DNA of 64,000 nt from Candidatus Multivorans sp. (GCA_965208755.1 OZ242353.1:3866341-3930340); one strand, 5' to 3'. Numbered from the stretch's first letter, positions 44,549 to 54,925 are shown. Made by a program: numbers and translations. The notes: generated from the letters alone by a model not told the origin.

Positions 44549-46771
44549 ATGGTCGGACTGGGCAAGCGCGGGGCAGTCTTGTGCGCTGTCGTTCTCGCTT
44601 TGCTGGCTTCCTTCCCCGTCGTCGCCCAGGACCGGCCCTCCGTCACGGCGCTCCAGACCGAGCAGGCGGTTCGTGTCGACGGCGAACTGACGGACTCCGC
44701 CTGGCTGGAGGCCGAGTGGGCGGGCGACTTCACGCAGCGCGATCCGAGTCCCGGCGCGCCGTCGACGGAAACGACGGAGTTCGCGGTCGCCTACACGCCG
44801 GACACCCTGTTCGTCGCGGTGCGCGCCAATGACCGCGAGCCGGAGCGGATCGTGGCGAAGGAGATGGAGAGGGACAGCGACCTGTTCCAGGACGATTCGA
44901 TCCTGTTGATGCTGGACACGTTCCACGACCTTCGCAACGGCTACGTCGTGGTCACGAACCCGAACGGCGCCCGCGGCGACGCGCTGATCACCGACGAGGG
45001 CCGCGACGTGAACTGGGCGTGGGACGGCGTATGGCGGGTCTCGGCGGGTCGGACGGCGGCGGGCTGGGTGGCGGAGATCGCGATTCCCGTTTCCACTCTC
45101 CGGTTCGATCCCCAGGTCGAGAAGTGGGGCCTCAACGTCCAGCGGATCATCCGCCGGCGCAACGAGGAGACTCACTGGGCGGCGCTGCCTCTCGAAGCCA
45201 GCGCCGAGGATCTCAACCAGCAGGGGAAGATCGCGGTGTATCGCGTCTCGCTGGCCGGCGATCTGGTCGGTCTTCGAGGGCTCCGGCCCTCGCGTCAGTT
45301 CGACGTGAAGCCCTATGTCATCGGAGGCCGCACCGAGGACCCGGCCCTGGGCGGCACCGACGACTCGGACGGAGGCATCGACCTGAAGTGGGGCCTGACT
45401 CGTTCGATGGTCCTGGACCTGAGCTGGAACACGGACTTCGCCGAAACGGAGGTCGACGATCAGCAGGTGAACCTGACCCGGTTCTCCCTGTTCTTCCCGG
45501 AGAAGCGCGACTTCTTCCTCGAGAACGCTGGCGTGTTCGACTTCGGGCCCAGGCCCAAGGTGCCGTGGGAGAGCGCGCTGATGAGGCCGTTCTTTTCCCG
45601 CCGCATCGGCCTCGACCACGGTCGCACGGTTCCGCTCGAGGTCGGCGCCAGACTCACCGGCCGCGCCGGGGGCTGGAACGTCGGAGCTCTCGGTGCGCGG
45701 ACCGGAGAGCTCCTCGATGACGGCGGTGGCGTGCTGGTTCCCGAGACGACCTACGGCGTGACCCGAGTCACCCGGAACATCGGCGACCGTTCAACGGTCG
45801 GCGGCATTTTCACGGAGAGGAGCCGCGCGGGGTTCGAGAGTGAACGGCTCTACGGACTCGATGTCGACTTCAAGCCGACTCAACGCCTCGAGTTCTCCGG
45901 GTTCTGGGCAGTGAGCGATCGGGGACTCCCGGATTCCGAGCAGGAGGCCAACTCGACGCGCGGGGCCGGGTTCATCTACCAGGGACCGGAGCTCAGTCTG
46001 ACGGGGGACTACGTCGAGGTTGAGCCGGACTACGAGCCGGCGGTCGGATTCCTGCAGCGTCGCGACTTCCGGATGATCAATCCACGTCTCGAGTGGCGGC
46101 CGAGGATCGAGAGGGCCGGGCTCCTCAGTTGGTGGTCCGATCTGAGCTACGAGCGCTTCGAACGGAGCAGCGACGGCCGGCTCGAGAGCGAGACGGTCGG
46201 TGTCTCGCCCCTTGGTTTTCAGACCCTGAGCGGCGAGTTCCTCTGGGGCGGCGTCAGGAGAACGAAGGAACAGTTGTTCGTCCCGTTCGAGATCTCGCCC
46301 GGGATCGTGGTGCAGCCGGGTCTCTACGAGAACGACGGCTTCGCCGGCGGGTTCTCGACGAGCGGCAGGCGGGCCGTCTGGTTCGACAACATCACCTTCG
46401 GCGGCGGCTTCTTCGACGGCAACTGGCTGAGAACGAACTCCGGGTTGACCTTCCGCCTGTCCCGGTTCATACGCGCCTCGACGCAGTGGACCTACGCGGA
46501 CGTCAAACTCCAGGCCGGCAGCTTCAGCTTCGACCAGTTCCGCCAGAGGATCGACGTTTCATTCAGCCCGAACATCCGGCTCAACCTGCTGGCCCAGTAC
46601 AACACGTCCGACGAACTGCTCGGCGTCAACGCGCGCTTCCACTGGATCTACCGGCCGGGCTCGGACCTCTTCATCGTCTACAACGAGAACTGGACGGCGG
46701 AGACGATCAGCCGCCGCGAGCCACTGGGCCGGCAGTTGATTGTCAAAGTGAACTACCTGCTGCAGCGCTAG
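44549..46771 (+). CDS. DUF5916 / carbohydrate-binding-module-9-like domain protein, secreted
   Basis: Signal peptide. N-terminus VRVDGELTDSAWLEAEW...LFQDDSILLMLDTFHD is a CBM9-like pattern. Large beta-rich C-terminal part. Confidence 0.65.
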   Translation: MVGLGKRGAVLCAVVLALLASFPVVAQDRPSVTALQTEQAVRVDGELTDSAWLEAEWAGDFTQRDPSPGAPSTETTEFAVAYTPDTLFVAVRANDREPERIVAKEMERDSDLFQDDSILLMLDTFHDLRNGYVVVTNPNGARGDALITDEGRDVNWAWDGVWRVSAGRTAAGWVAEIAIPVSTLRFDPQVEKWGLNVQRIIRRRNEETHWAALPLEASAEDLNQQGKIAVYRVSLAGDLVGLRGLRPSRQFDVKPYVIGGRTEDPALGGTDDSDGGIDLKWGLTRSMVLDLSWNTDFAETEVDDQQVNLTRFSLFFPEKRDFFLENAGVFDFGPRPKVPWESALMRPFFSRRIGLDHGRTVPLEVGARLTGRAGGWNVGALGARTGELLDDGGGVLVPETTYGVTRVTRNIGDRSTVGGIFTERSRAGFESERLYGLDVDFKPTQRLEFSGFWAVSDRGLPDSEQEANSTRGAGFIYQGPELSLTGDYVEVEPDYEPAVGFLQRRDFRMINPRLEWRPRIERAGLLSWWSDLSYERFERSSDGRLESETVGVSPLGFQTLSGEFLWGGVRRTKEQLFVPFEISPGIVVQPGLYENDGFAGGFSTSGRRAVWFDNITFGGGFFDGNWLRTNSGLTFRLSRFIRASTQWTYADVKLQAGSFSFDQFRQRIDVSFSPNIRLNLLAQYNTSDELLGVNARFHWIYRPGSDLFIVYNENWTAETISRREPLGRQLIVKVNYLLQR

Positions 46772-46772
46772 C

Positions 46773-48665
46773 TCAAGCGACGCTCGGGTCCGCCTGGACC
46801 GCCAGCTCCCGGACCACGAAGGACGAGCGTCCGCTGTTCTTCTCCCAGATGCCGACCGCCAGCCGGTAGGAGCCCGGCGGCAGCAGCACTTCGCTGCGGA
46901 CAGCGATGTACTGGCCTGCCGCTTGCTCGAGTTCGGCGACCGGCACGTTCAGCTCGAAGTCGAAGTGCTGGGGCGGCATTCGGCTGCCGTCTTCGCGCTG
47001 GACCTGAACCACGACGCGGAAGAAGCCGCTGGCGACCGGGTTGCGGGTCGCCCGGGTCGGCGCGAGTTCAAGGTCGCCGATCGGCAGGCTGGCCCTGACT
47101 TCCAGCGGCGTCTGCCCCGGTCGGTCCGGCCGTTCTCGCGACGCGGACCTCCTGACCTGGACCTCCATACCGTGGTTGTTCTCCTCCCAGCCGAACAGCA
47201 GCGTGCCCCAGGCTCGGCTGGCGAGGTTCTGCTGGATCGTCACCGGCGCGTAGCTCGCCCGATAGCGGAGCGAGCCGTTCCGGGCGAGGGGCCGCTGGCG
47301 CAGCCGGAGCGTGATCTCGCGAATGCCGGAGTCGCCCATCGAGTCGGGCGGCGTGAAGGAGAGCGAGTAGTAGGTCGAGATGTCGGTGCGGGTCGACTGC
47401 AGGAACTCGGCGACGCCGGTGTCGGAGACGAAGGAGAGGCCGCCGGTCAGGCCGGCCAGACTGTTCAGGCCTGTCCGCACGTTCGACAGCTCGACGATCG
47501 AGCCGCGGTCCTTGGCGCTCTCGCCGAGTTCGCTGATCGCCGGGTCGATGACCGGCGGCTTGAGCGGATAGAACGTCACCCGGTGGGTGTTCGCGAGCGC
47601 CGCCAGTTGATCGAAGGCGTCCGCGCAGCTCAGCTCGGCGGCCATGGTCTGGAAGGCGAAGGCGCCGCCGTCGTCGACCTGGACGATGTTCGTCGCTCTT
47701 CCCATGCGGTCGGCCCGGTCAACGCCGAAGGGTCGGTGGTTGCGGTCGTTCAGGTCGAGCGAGCCGGGCGCGCTGATCATCTCGTCGCCCTCGAGCTGGC
47801 GGGAAGAGCCGGCGAGACGGTCGTACATCGTCTTGGCGGCGCTGTCGAGAGGGTGGCGGGGGAGCCCGTCGCTCACGAACAGGATCGCCTTGCGGCCGGG
47901 AACGAAGGCGAGCGCTTCGACCAGGGAGCGCACCGCGCTGACGGTCAGCAGCGTGTCCTGCCGCAGGGCCTGCCCGAAGCTCCGGAGGTTCGCCTCCACG
48001 CTGGCGAGGGAGGCCTCGCCGAGACGGTAGCGGCTGCCTCTCGCCGCCATCAGCCGCAGCGTCTCCCTCATCGCCAGGGAAGCGGAGCGCTGCTGGGAGC
48101 GCAGCGTCGTCGTCGGAATGTCCCGGCCCATCGCGGCTTCGATCGTCGTCCGCACGGCCGCGCGGTCGCGAGTCGGCGACAGCAGCGGTTCGAGACGCTC
48201 ACCGAACGCCGCGGCCGCCACCCAGGTCGGGTTGGCCTCGATCTCCTCGTCGAGGGCTTCCGCGATCTCGGCCAGGGCCGCGTCGCGGTGCTTCCGCTGC
48301 AGGTGGCGCTCGTCGATGAACAGGAGAATCGTCAGTCGCCCGGTGACGGTGGTGCGGAGGTCCTGGCCTGCCGCGACGCTCAGTATCTCCACCGGTTCGT
48401 TCTCGACCTTGAGTTCGAAGTCGTCCTTGGTCAGGCCGGTCACCGGCCGATCGGAGGAGTCGGTGACGACGGCGTCGAGACTGATCAGCCGGACGTCGAT
48501 CGACTCGCGGAGCACGATGTCCTCTCGAATCGGATGCTGCCGCGGCGAACGGTCCTGCGCGCGGGCCGCTTCCGGGCCCGCGAAGTGGGCCGCGGCCGTG
48601 AGCGCCATGGCGGCGGTAGCGACCAGCAGCCTCGGCGGCCGGCGGTGAAGTGCGGAACCCGTCAA
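46773..48665 (-). CDS. VWFA-related acidobacterial domain protein, secreted
   Basis: Signal peptide. vWA domain. Paralog of 34236-35903. Confidence 0.65.
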   Translation of the reverse strand: MTGSALHRRPPRLLVATAAMALTAAAHFAGPEAARAQDRSPRQHPIREDIVLRESIDVRLISLDAVVTDSSDRPVTGLTKDDFELKVENEPVEILSVAAGQDLRTTVTGRLTILLFIDERHLQRKHRDAALAEIAEALDEEIEANPTWVAAAAFGERLEPLLSPTRDRAAVRTTIEAAMGRDIPTTTLRSQQRSASLAMRETLRLMAARGSRYRLGEASLASVEANLRSFGQALRQDTLLTVSAVRSLVEALAFVPGRKAILFVSDGLPRHPLDSAAKTMYDRLAGSSRQLEGDEMISAPGSLDLNDRNHRPFGVDRADRMGRATNIVQVDDGGAFAFQTMAAELSCADAFDQLAALANTHRVTFYPLKPPVIDPAISELGESAKDRGSIVELSNVRTGLNSLAGLTGGLSFVSDTGVAEFLQSTRTDISTYYSLSFTPPDSMGDSGIREITLRLRQRPLARNGSLRYRASYAPVTIQQNLASRAWGTLLFGWEENNHGMEVQVRRSASRERPDRPGQTPLEVRASLPIGDLELAPTRATRNPVASGFFRVVVQVQREDGSRMPPQHFDFELNVPVAELEQAAGQYIAVRSEVLLPPGSYRLAVGIWEKNSGRSSFVVRELAVQADPSVA

Positions 48666-48774
48666 CGGACACCCATGCTAGCGCCAGCGCCGGGCCGCGG
48701 CGGAACCAGGCGAGCGGGCTGCTATTCTCCCCGTTCGCGACCAGAGCAGGCCCTCATCGGAGGAGGCAGATTGT

Positions 48775-49612
48775 GATGAAGCGGAGTCTCACGGAACGGG
48801 CGGTGTTGACGCAGCTCGCGGCGTTGCTGCTAGCGGCATTGGTGCTCGCGGCGGCGCCCGCGGCAGGGCAGGACACCGACTACAGGGCGCCGCGCACCCA
48901 CGACGACAAGCCGGATCTCAACGGGATCTGGCAGGCGCTGGGCGCGGCCCACTGGGACATCGAACCGCACGCCGCGCGTCACGGCCCGGTGGTCGAGATG
49001 GCGGCGCTGGGCGCGATTCCCGGCGGTCTCGGCATCGTCGAAGGCGGCAGAATTCCGTACCTGCCGGAGGCCCTGCAGAAGCGCGATCAGAACCGCGAGA
49101 ACTGGCTGGCGCTCGATCCGGCGGTGAAGTGCTACATGCCGGGCATCCCTCGCGCCAACTACATGCCCTTCCCGTTTCAGATCGTCCAGACACCCGAACA
49201 TGTGCTGATCGCTTACGAGTTCGCCAGCGCCAGCCGCGTGGTGTACATGGACAGGGAGGGCTTCGAGGCTCCGTTCGACACCTGGATGGGACACTCGATC
49301 GGGCGCTGGGAAGGGGAGACGCTGGTGGTCGACGTGACGAGCCAGGTGCCCGATACCTGGCTCGATTCGAGCGGCAACCACCACACGGACGCGATCCACG
49401 TCGAGGAGCGCTGGACCGCGATGAGCCCCCATCACCTCCAGTACGAGGCGACGATCACGGACGAGAACGTCTACAGCGAGCCCTGGAAGATCAGCCTGCC
49501 GCTCTACCGCCGGGTTGACCCGAACGTCCAGCTACTCGAGTTCAAGTGCGTCGAGTTCGCCGAGGAGCTGATGTACGGCCACCTGCGCAAGGGCGCCGAC
49601 CCGGGTCCCTGA
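48775..49612 (+). CDS. Secreted hypothetical protein (family A)
   Basis: RBS GGAGGAGG. Start MKRSLTERAVLTQLAALLLAALVLAAAPAAGQ. Shares PDLNG/PDLTG and IGRWEGETLVVDVT / IGWWEGDTLVVETT blocks with 50088-51188. Confidence 0.55.
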
Positions 49613-49640
49613 CCGGCACCGCCACGAAGAGGAGAACAGC

Positions 49641-50067
49641 GATGAAGTTCCAGCGAATCGTCCTACTGGCAGCAGGCCTGGCTCTGGTGCTCGCCATCCC
49701 GCTTGCCGCTCATCACGCCTTCTCGGCCGAGTTCGACGCCGATCGGCCGCTCCAGCTTCGCGGCAAGGTGACGAAGATGGAGTGGATCAACCCCCACGCC
49801 TGGATTCACCTGGAGGTGATGAATGACGACGGCAGTGCGACCGTCTGGATGGTCGAGGGCGGCACGCCGAACACGCTCGCCAGGCGCGGCTTCACGAAGA
49901 GGTCGCTTCTGCCGGGGACCGAGATCGTCGTCGACGGCTACCAGGCGAAGGACGGCTCGAACAAGGCGAACGGCCGCGACCTGACCTTCCCGGACGGCCG
50001 CAAGCTGTTCATGGGTTCATCCGGCACGGGCGCCCCGCGCGACGGCCGGGATCCGACCGAGCAGTAG
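49641..50067 (+). CDS. DUF6152-like small secreted protein
   Basis: RBS GAGGAGAA. Signal peptide then HHAFSAEFD...VTKMEWINPHAWIHLEV, typical of DUF6152. Confidence 0.55.
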
Positions 50068-50087
50068 CGGAAGCAGCGGCTCGGGAG

Positions 50088-51188
50088 CTACTGGCCGCCG
50101 CTGGCCGCGCTGCGCGTCTCGTCCTCGAGCAGTCGCGCGCCCCTGAGGATGTTGCCCATCGCGTAGTTCCCCTCGTGGCAGGCGTACTCGTAGACCTTGG
50201 CCGGCGTGCCGGGCCACAAGTACTCGCCGCTCCAGGGCGCGCTCCACACGGTCGGATCCTCGACCGTGAAGGCGTAGAGCAGGTCGTCCGCGTTGACCCG
50301 GGTGAAGCGCTCGGTCACCTTGAGGTTCCGTGAGGCGAGGAAGAGCGCCGGACGGTCGATGAAGTTCGTGGTCTCGACCACGAGCGTGTCGCCCTCCCAC
50401 CAGCCGATCGAGTCGCCGAGCCAGCGGCGCTCGTCCTCCGGGATGTGCTCGCCGCCGATGCGGACGATGCGGGCGTCGTGGACCATCTCGACCAGGATCA
50501 TCAGGTGGTCCTCGGTCTGCACGATCCGCTTGGCGTTGTTGTAGAGCACGGGCAGCATGGGCGGCCCACCGGTGGAGCCAAAGCCGATCAGGCAGCGTTC
50601 GGGGACGCCCAGAGTCTCCGGACCGTCGTACGGACCGGGGCCTTCGATCTCGAGCCACCAGGCGGTGCCGTCGTTGCCGCGTCTTCGCCCGCGCCGCTCG
50701 GACAGCCGCTGCATCGTCTCGGCGGTCAGTTGCGGCATCCTGCCGTTCGCCGGGTCGACGATGATCGAGGTTCGGAACCTGCCGTCGATCGAGAACACGT
50801 CACTGCCGCGATCCGTCCAGAAGTTGTTGTAGCCGCCGACGTTGCCGGCGCCGCTCGTCTCCCGGAACTCGTCGCCCAGGCCGATCGGCGGCGCGCCGCC
50901 GGGCGGGGGCGGTTCGTCGATCTGGCGGGTAGCGGCCCGGGCCGCCACCCGCTGGCGCTCCCGTTCGACGATCTCCTGCGCCTGCTCGGACGTCAGGTAC
51001 AGGTTGTCTCCGAACTCCCGCGGACGCTGCAACGGCGTCAGCGTGGCGATCTCGTAGTCGCCCGTGAGGTCGGGACGGCCCGAGGCCGTGCGCGGGATCG
51101 CGTCGTCGTCGGCGGCAGGCGCGGCGGGCGCCGCGAGCAAGACGATGGCGGCGGCCGTGGCGGCAGCGAGGGAGACTCTGCTCTGCAT
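50088..51188 (-). CDS. Secreted hypothetical protein (family A paralog)
   Basis: Signal peptide. Block similarity to 48775-49612. Confidence 0.55.
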   Translation of the reverse strand: MQSRVSLAAATAAAIVLLAAPAAPAADDDAIPRTASGRPDLTGDYEIATLTPLQRPREFGDNLYLTSEQAQEIVERERQRVAARAATRQIDEPPPPGGAPPIGLGDEFRETSGAGNVGGYNNFWTDRGSDVFSIDGRFRTSIIVDPANGRMPQLTAETMQRLSERRGRRRGNDGTAWWLEIEGPGPYDGPETLGVPERCLIGFGSTGGPPMLPVLYNNAKRIVQTEDHLMILVEMVHDARIVRIGGEHIPEDERRWLGDSIGWWEGDTLVVETTNFIDRPALFLASRNLKVTERFTRVNADDLLYAFTVEDPTVWSAPWSGEYLWPGTPAKVYEYACHEGNYAMGNILRGARLLEDETRSAASGGQ

Positions 51189-51374
51189 GGTGGCTCTCCT
51201 TATCGATTGCCGGGGGGCTCCGTTATACCAGCATGCGGTGGCGTCGGGAACTACGTAGGAAGCTGGCCAAGCGGCTGGCGAACGGGGTTCTGAATCCAGT
51301 TCTCGTCTAGGTCTGCAGGGGAAGTGATTCCCATAGCCGACTTGCTATAGGCTCAGTATTCCGTGCCCGATCCG

Positions 51375-51470
51375 CACCCGGTCCACAGGCCACGCGCGGC
51401 CCAGCTACCATCCGCTCGGACAGCAGATCCGGCCTGCTGCGCCTATCTCCTGCCCAGATTCAGTCGCTCT
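51375..51470. repeat. Degenerate copy of the ~190-bp intergenic repeat family (see 54722-54925 and 58975-59165)
   Basis: CACCCGGTCCACAGGCCACGCGCGGCCCAGCTACCATCCGC is similar to ACCCGGCTCGCAGGCCCACGGCGCG...AAGCTACCGCGCC in copy A. Confidence 0.35.
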
Positions 51471-51688
51471 TCGTTGCCGACGCCCGATCCTGCAAGACGC
51501 TAGCCCGATGCACGAGACGAGAACAGCGCCTGGCAGGCGTCCCGAGAGCGCGGGGGCGTTCCCAAGGTGATCGAGATGTTCCCAAAGGCTGGCGCCGCTG
51601 AGAACTGGTTCGAGGACACGACCGACCAGATGGCCGCGGTCGTTCCAGGCTTGGACTGCAAGCGCCTCCGGCACCGAGAGCTCGTCCC

Positions 51689-52729
51689 ATGAGGACGAAA
51701 CACACTGCTGTCAGTCTGTTCTCCGGAGCTGGCGGCATGGACATCGGAGTCGACCGAGCCGGATTCAAGACGGTTTGCGGGATTGACCTCGATCCTCACT
51801 GTGCAAACACACTCCGCCGTAACGGTCGCGGCAAGACAGTGTGGAACGCCGATGTTCGGATAGTCGATCCTGACCGTCTCCGAGATGCCCTCGGCATGAA
51901 GAGAGGCGATTTGCGGCTCCTTCATGGCGGGCCGCCGTGCCAGCCGTTCAGTCAGATAGGCAAACGCGCCGGCATTAGTGACCCGAGAGGCGCGCTCGTC
52001 TTTGAGATGGCGAGGTTCGCCGAAGCGCTTCGCCCGACGGCGGTGATGATCGAACAGGTCGCCTACTTTCTCCGTGCGAGAATGCCGGATGGCAGGCCGG
52101 TATCAGAGGCGCTGGCCGAGGAGTTTCGCCGCTTGGGCTACGACATGTTTGTGCGTGTTCTCGACGCGAGCCAGTATGGTCTCCCGCAACGGAGGCAACG
52201 GGCTATCCTGGTATGCGTGCCGAGGGGGCAGCACTTCTGGTTCCCGCAGGGCAAAGGTGAATCCAAGACCGTCGGAGCCGCATTGCGTGGTCTTCCGGAG
52301 CCGGTTCGTCGCGGCGAGAAGCCAGCCCTGCCGAACCATGTCGACGTTACGCCAGACCGAGACCGGGAACGCATCTCATACGTGCCTGAAGGACTGTGGT
52401 TGTCCAAGTGCAAGGACGTTCCGCCGCAGATCATGCAGCGGCTCACCCGTAAGGACACCACGAAGTTCCGTCGGCTTGATCGAGCTTCGCTCGCGCCGAC
52501 TCTTCGGTGCGGTGAGGCTCCCTATCACCCGATCGCGGACCGGTACATCACACCGCGGGAGGCGGCACGGCTACAGAGCTTCCCGGACTCTCACGTCTTC
52601 ACTGGCCCGATTCGAGGTCGCAGCGGAAGTGTGCGGGACCTCGATCAGCATCGCCAAGTGGCGAATGCGGTGCCGCCGTTGCTCGCCCGCGTGGTAGCGA
52701 ACCAGCTGTCTGAGACGCTATGCCTGTAG
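51689..52729 (+). CDS. DNA (cytosine-5)-methyltransferase
   Basis: Motif I LFSGAGG, motif IV GGPPCQPFS, motif VI EQV. Confidence 0.85.
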   Translation: MRTKHTAVSLFSGAGGMDIGVDRAGFKTVCGIDLDPHCANTLRRNGRGKTVWNADVRIVDPDRLRDALGMKRGDLRLLHGGPPCQPFSQIGKRAGISDPRGALVFEMARFAEALRPTAVMIEQVAYFLRARMPDGRPVSEALAEEFRRLGYDMFVRVLDASQYGLPQRRQRAILVCVPRGQHFWFPQGKGESKTVGAALRGLPEPVRRGEKPALPNHVDVTPDRDRERISYVPEGLWLSKCKDVPPQIMQRLTRKDTTKFRRLDRASLAPTLRCGEAPYHPIADRYITPREAARLQSFPDSHVFTGPIRGRSGSVRDLDQHRQVANAVPPLLARVVANQLSETLCL

Positions 52730-53682
52730 TTGCGGAACTGTACGGGCAGACCCTCGACGACCGCATTGATCCCAGCCTTTGCCGAACCGCTCAGTGCCCG
52801 TTCATTGGGGCGATTTGCGATGGTGGGGGAAACCGCGATATGGCGCGAGTCAGCGCCTCGGATTTAACGCTTGGCCACCTTTTCTCACGCTCGGTGGGGC
52901 AGGAGACCGAGGGCTGGTTGCCGTGCGGCGTCTGCTCCGTGCGCACTAGCAGCAACAAGGCCTGGGCAATCTGTCCTCATCGCCTGTTTGGCTTCGGTCC
53001 GAACGGTGTATCTCCCAGGCACCGTGATCTGGCTCAGCGGGTGTTTCGCCTCGCGGGCTTCGAGCCAGGCCAACTGGTAGGCGTCTGGCCGGAGATCACC
53101 CTGTCTGAGATAGGTGAAGGCGGCCAGCAGTTCAGGTACCGACTGGACTACGTTCTTCGGGCCATGGACGCTGCTTCGTCGCCGCCGATTATCGTTGAAG
53201 TCATGACGTGCTCGACATCGGGGGGCAAGAAAGCAAAGGGCACAGACATTCAGGCGGCTTTCAAGCGCGCCGTACTGTTCGCTCACACGCCCGCAAAGGA
53301 GGAAGTGGCATCTCCTGGCGTCAACCTGCGGCAAGTTTGGGCGCGGATGGCTTCTCAACTCGTGGCTAAGTCCGAAGCCGCGAACAGCTGGGGCGGCCGG
53401 ACCATCTGGATCGTGCAGGACCTGCTCGCCGACTACATTCGCACACAAACCGCTCTACCGTTGGATGATCTGCACTCCGACGACTGGTCGCCTCACGAGG
53501 TCAACATGGTGGTGGCCGATCTGGATGGGCCAGTGGCTCTTTACGCGGGACCCATCCGTTCTCAGAACGGAGACCGGCGCTGCTGGCTTGAGATCCTCGG
53601 CGCTCCTCATCTCCCTTCTCTCGCGTCCATGACTAGGAAGTTGAACGACGTTCAGCCGTTAGCGGTCGTCGCGGCCCTCTAG
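52720..53682 (+). CDS. NotI-family type II restriction endonuclease
   Basis: N-terminal Cys cluster and WAICPHRLFGFGPNG block aligned by eye to NotI (TGTCPF...C...GVCVVN...WLVCPNR...LFGYGP). Start overlaps the MTase stop by 10 nt. Confidence 0.65.
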   Translation: MPVVAELYGQTLDDRIDPSLCRTAQCPFIGAICDGGGNRDMARVSASDLTLGHLFSRSVGQETEGWLPCGVCSVRTSSNKAWAICPHRLFGFGPNGVSPRHRDLAQRVFRLAGFEPGQLVGVWPEITLSEIGEGGQQFRYRLDYVLRAMDAASSPPIIVEVMTCSTSGGKKAKGTDIQAAFKRAVLFAHTPAKEEVASPGVNLRQVWARMASQLVAKSEAANSWGGRTIWIVQDLLADYIRTQTALPLDDLHSDDWSPHEVNMVVADLDGPVALYAGPIRSQNGDRRCWLEILGAPHLPSLASMTRKLNDVQPLAVVAAL

Positions 53683-53693
53683 GGAAGGCGACC

Positions 53694-54107
53694 ATGGTTG
53701 ACACCGTGTCTCGGGAACGCCGGAGCGAGATTATGGCCCTCGTCAGGTCGAAGGACATGAAGCCCGAGATGGCGGTGCGCCGGATCACTCATGCGATGGG
53801 CTACCGCTACAGGCTTCACCGGAAGGAACTGCCAGGAAGGCCGGATCTGGTGTTTCCGGCCCGCAGCAAGGTGATCTTCGTTCACGGTTGTTTCTGGCAC
53901 CAGCACTCACCTTGCAAGAATGTGCGAGAACCGAAGTCGAACCGAGACTACTGGCTCCCGAAGCTCAGACGGAACGTCGAGCGAGATGTGGAGAACCAAG
54001 CGCGGTTGTCCGAGATCGGTTGGCGAGCGTTGGTCCTGTGGGAGTGCGAGGTGCGAAGTCGGAACGATACAGCCCACCGCATCCGAGAGTTCTTGGAGCG
54101 TCCATGA
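53694..54107 (+). CDS. vsr: Very-short-patch repair endonuclease
   Basis: LVRSKDMKPEMAVRR...FVHGCFWHQHSPCK...WECE, canonical Vsr. Confidence 0.85.
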   Translation: MVDTVSRERRSEIMALVRSKDMKPEMAVRRITHAMGYRYRLHRKELPGRPDLVFPARSKVIFVHGCFWHQHSPCKNVREPKSNRDYWLPKLRRNVERDVENQARLSEIGWRALVLWECEVRSRNDTAHRIREFLERP

Positions 54108-54283
54108 GGTGTCGGGACGAGCCGAGGTCCAAGCGCCCCTGCGGGCGTCCGAAGCGTCTGAGGCCGGAGTTTCCCGATCCGACGCGACGAGGGACGGTCT
54201 GGGAGAACAACGTTTGCCAACGCGAAGGCTGCTTGGTCCGAGCCTCCGGCCTAGGAGCCGACTGAAGGCCTGACGACACGCTG

Positions 54284-54622
54284 GTGGACCTCCAAGGCTG
54301 GCTTCCCGTGATCGGCGTCGCCCTCGCAGCGACCGCTCTGCTCACTAGAGTCGTCTGGCGGCGAGCTGAGGCGCAGGGAACCAAGAGGGCGCTTCGCTTG
54401 GAGATCTTCGAGCAGGCCAGAACCGGGGAACTCCGAGGGCCGGCGCTTCGCCACAAGGCCCAAGATGCTGGCTTGGCGAAGCGAGAGGTTCAGTTCGTCG
54501 TCGAGTACCGAGGGAAGCAGAACAAACTCCTGAATCACGGGTACGGGGCTTCGAGCGAGCAAGACGAAGCCGAAGCTGCAAGACTCACGCAGGAGTTTGA
54601 GCGCATCCTGCTAGGCGACTGA
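54284..54622 (+). CDS. Small hypothetical protein with an N-terminal TM helix
   Basis: GTG start. WLPVIGVALAATALL TM segment, the rest is charged and helical. Weak call. Confidence 0.3.
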   Translation: MDLQGWLPVIGVALAATALLTRVVWRRAEAQGTKRALRLEIFEQARTGELRGPALRHKAQDAGLAKREVQFVVEYRGKQNKLLNHGYGASSEQDEAEAARLTQEFERILLGD

Positions 54623-54721
54623 GCCCGCCTGGCTGGCTTCCGATGCAGGCCCACGGCGTCCCGTGACCGGGGACCGGAGGAGAGGGTTGGCGCCGGGCCT
54701 TGTTGGTCGCCATGCACAGTG

Positions 54722-54925
54722 GGCACGAAACGCCCCGCCTATTCGCCGAGCGCCGGGAGCGACCCGGCGCCTGGTGTCGACTGTTGTATTCGGCAGGAGA
54801 CCCGGCTCGCAGGCCCACGGCGCGACGACAACCAACCACGAGAAGCTACCGCGCCGCCGATTGCGCGTCAAACGAACCGGCCAGCGGTCGGGCAGGGGCC
54901 GAGACGGATGCCGAGGTGAGACTAG
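54722..54925. repeat. ~190-bp repeat family copy A, ending in a truncated 3-codon ORF with RBS
   Basis: Shares GGGAGCGACCC...GGCAGG..CCGGCTCGCAGGCCCAC.GCGC..GACGAC.AACCAACGAG...GAGACGATG with copy B at 58975-59165. About 70-75% identity over 150+ nt. Confidence 0.55.

Noticed and set aside
51255-51300. tRNA-like T-arm string GGGGTTCTGAATCC in the lower-GC junction before the R-M islet
   Set aside because: I could not build a consistent cloverleaf on either strand (T-loop position 4 is not a purine, no matching acceptor or D-arm). Treated as chance similarity. A tRNA or tmRNA fragment att site remains possible and would need tRNAscan/ARAGORN.
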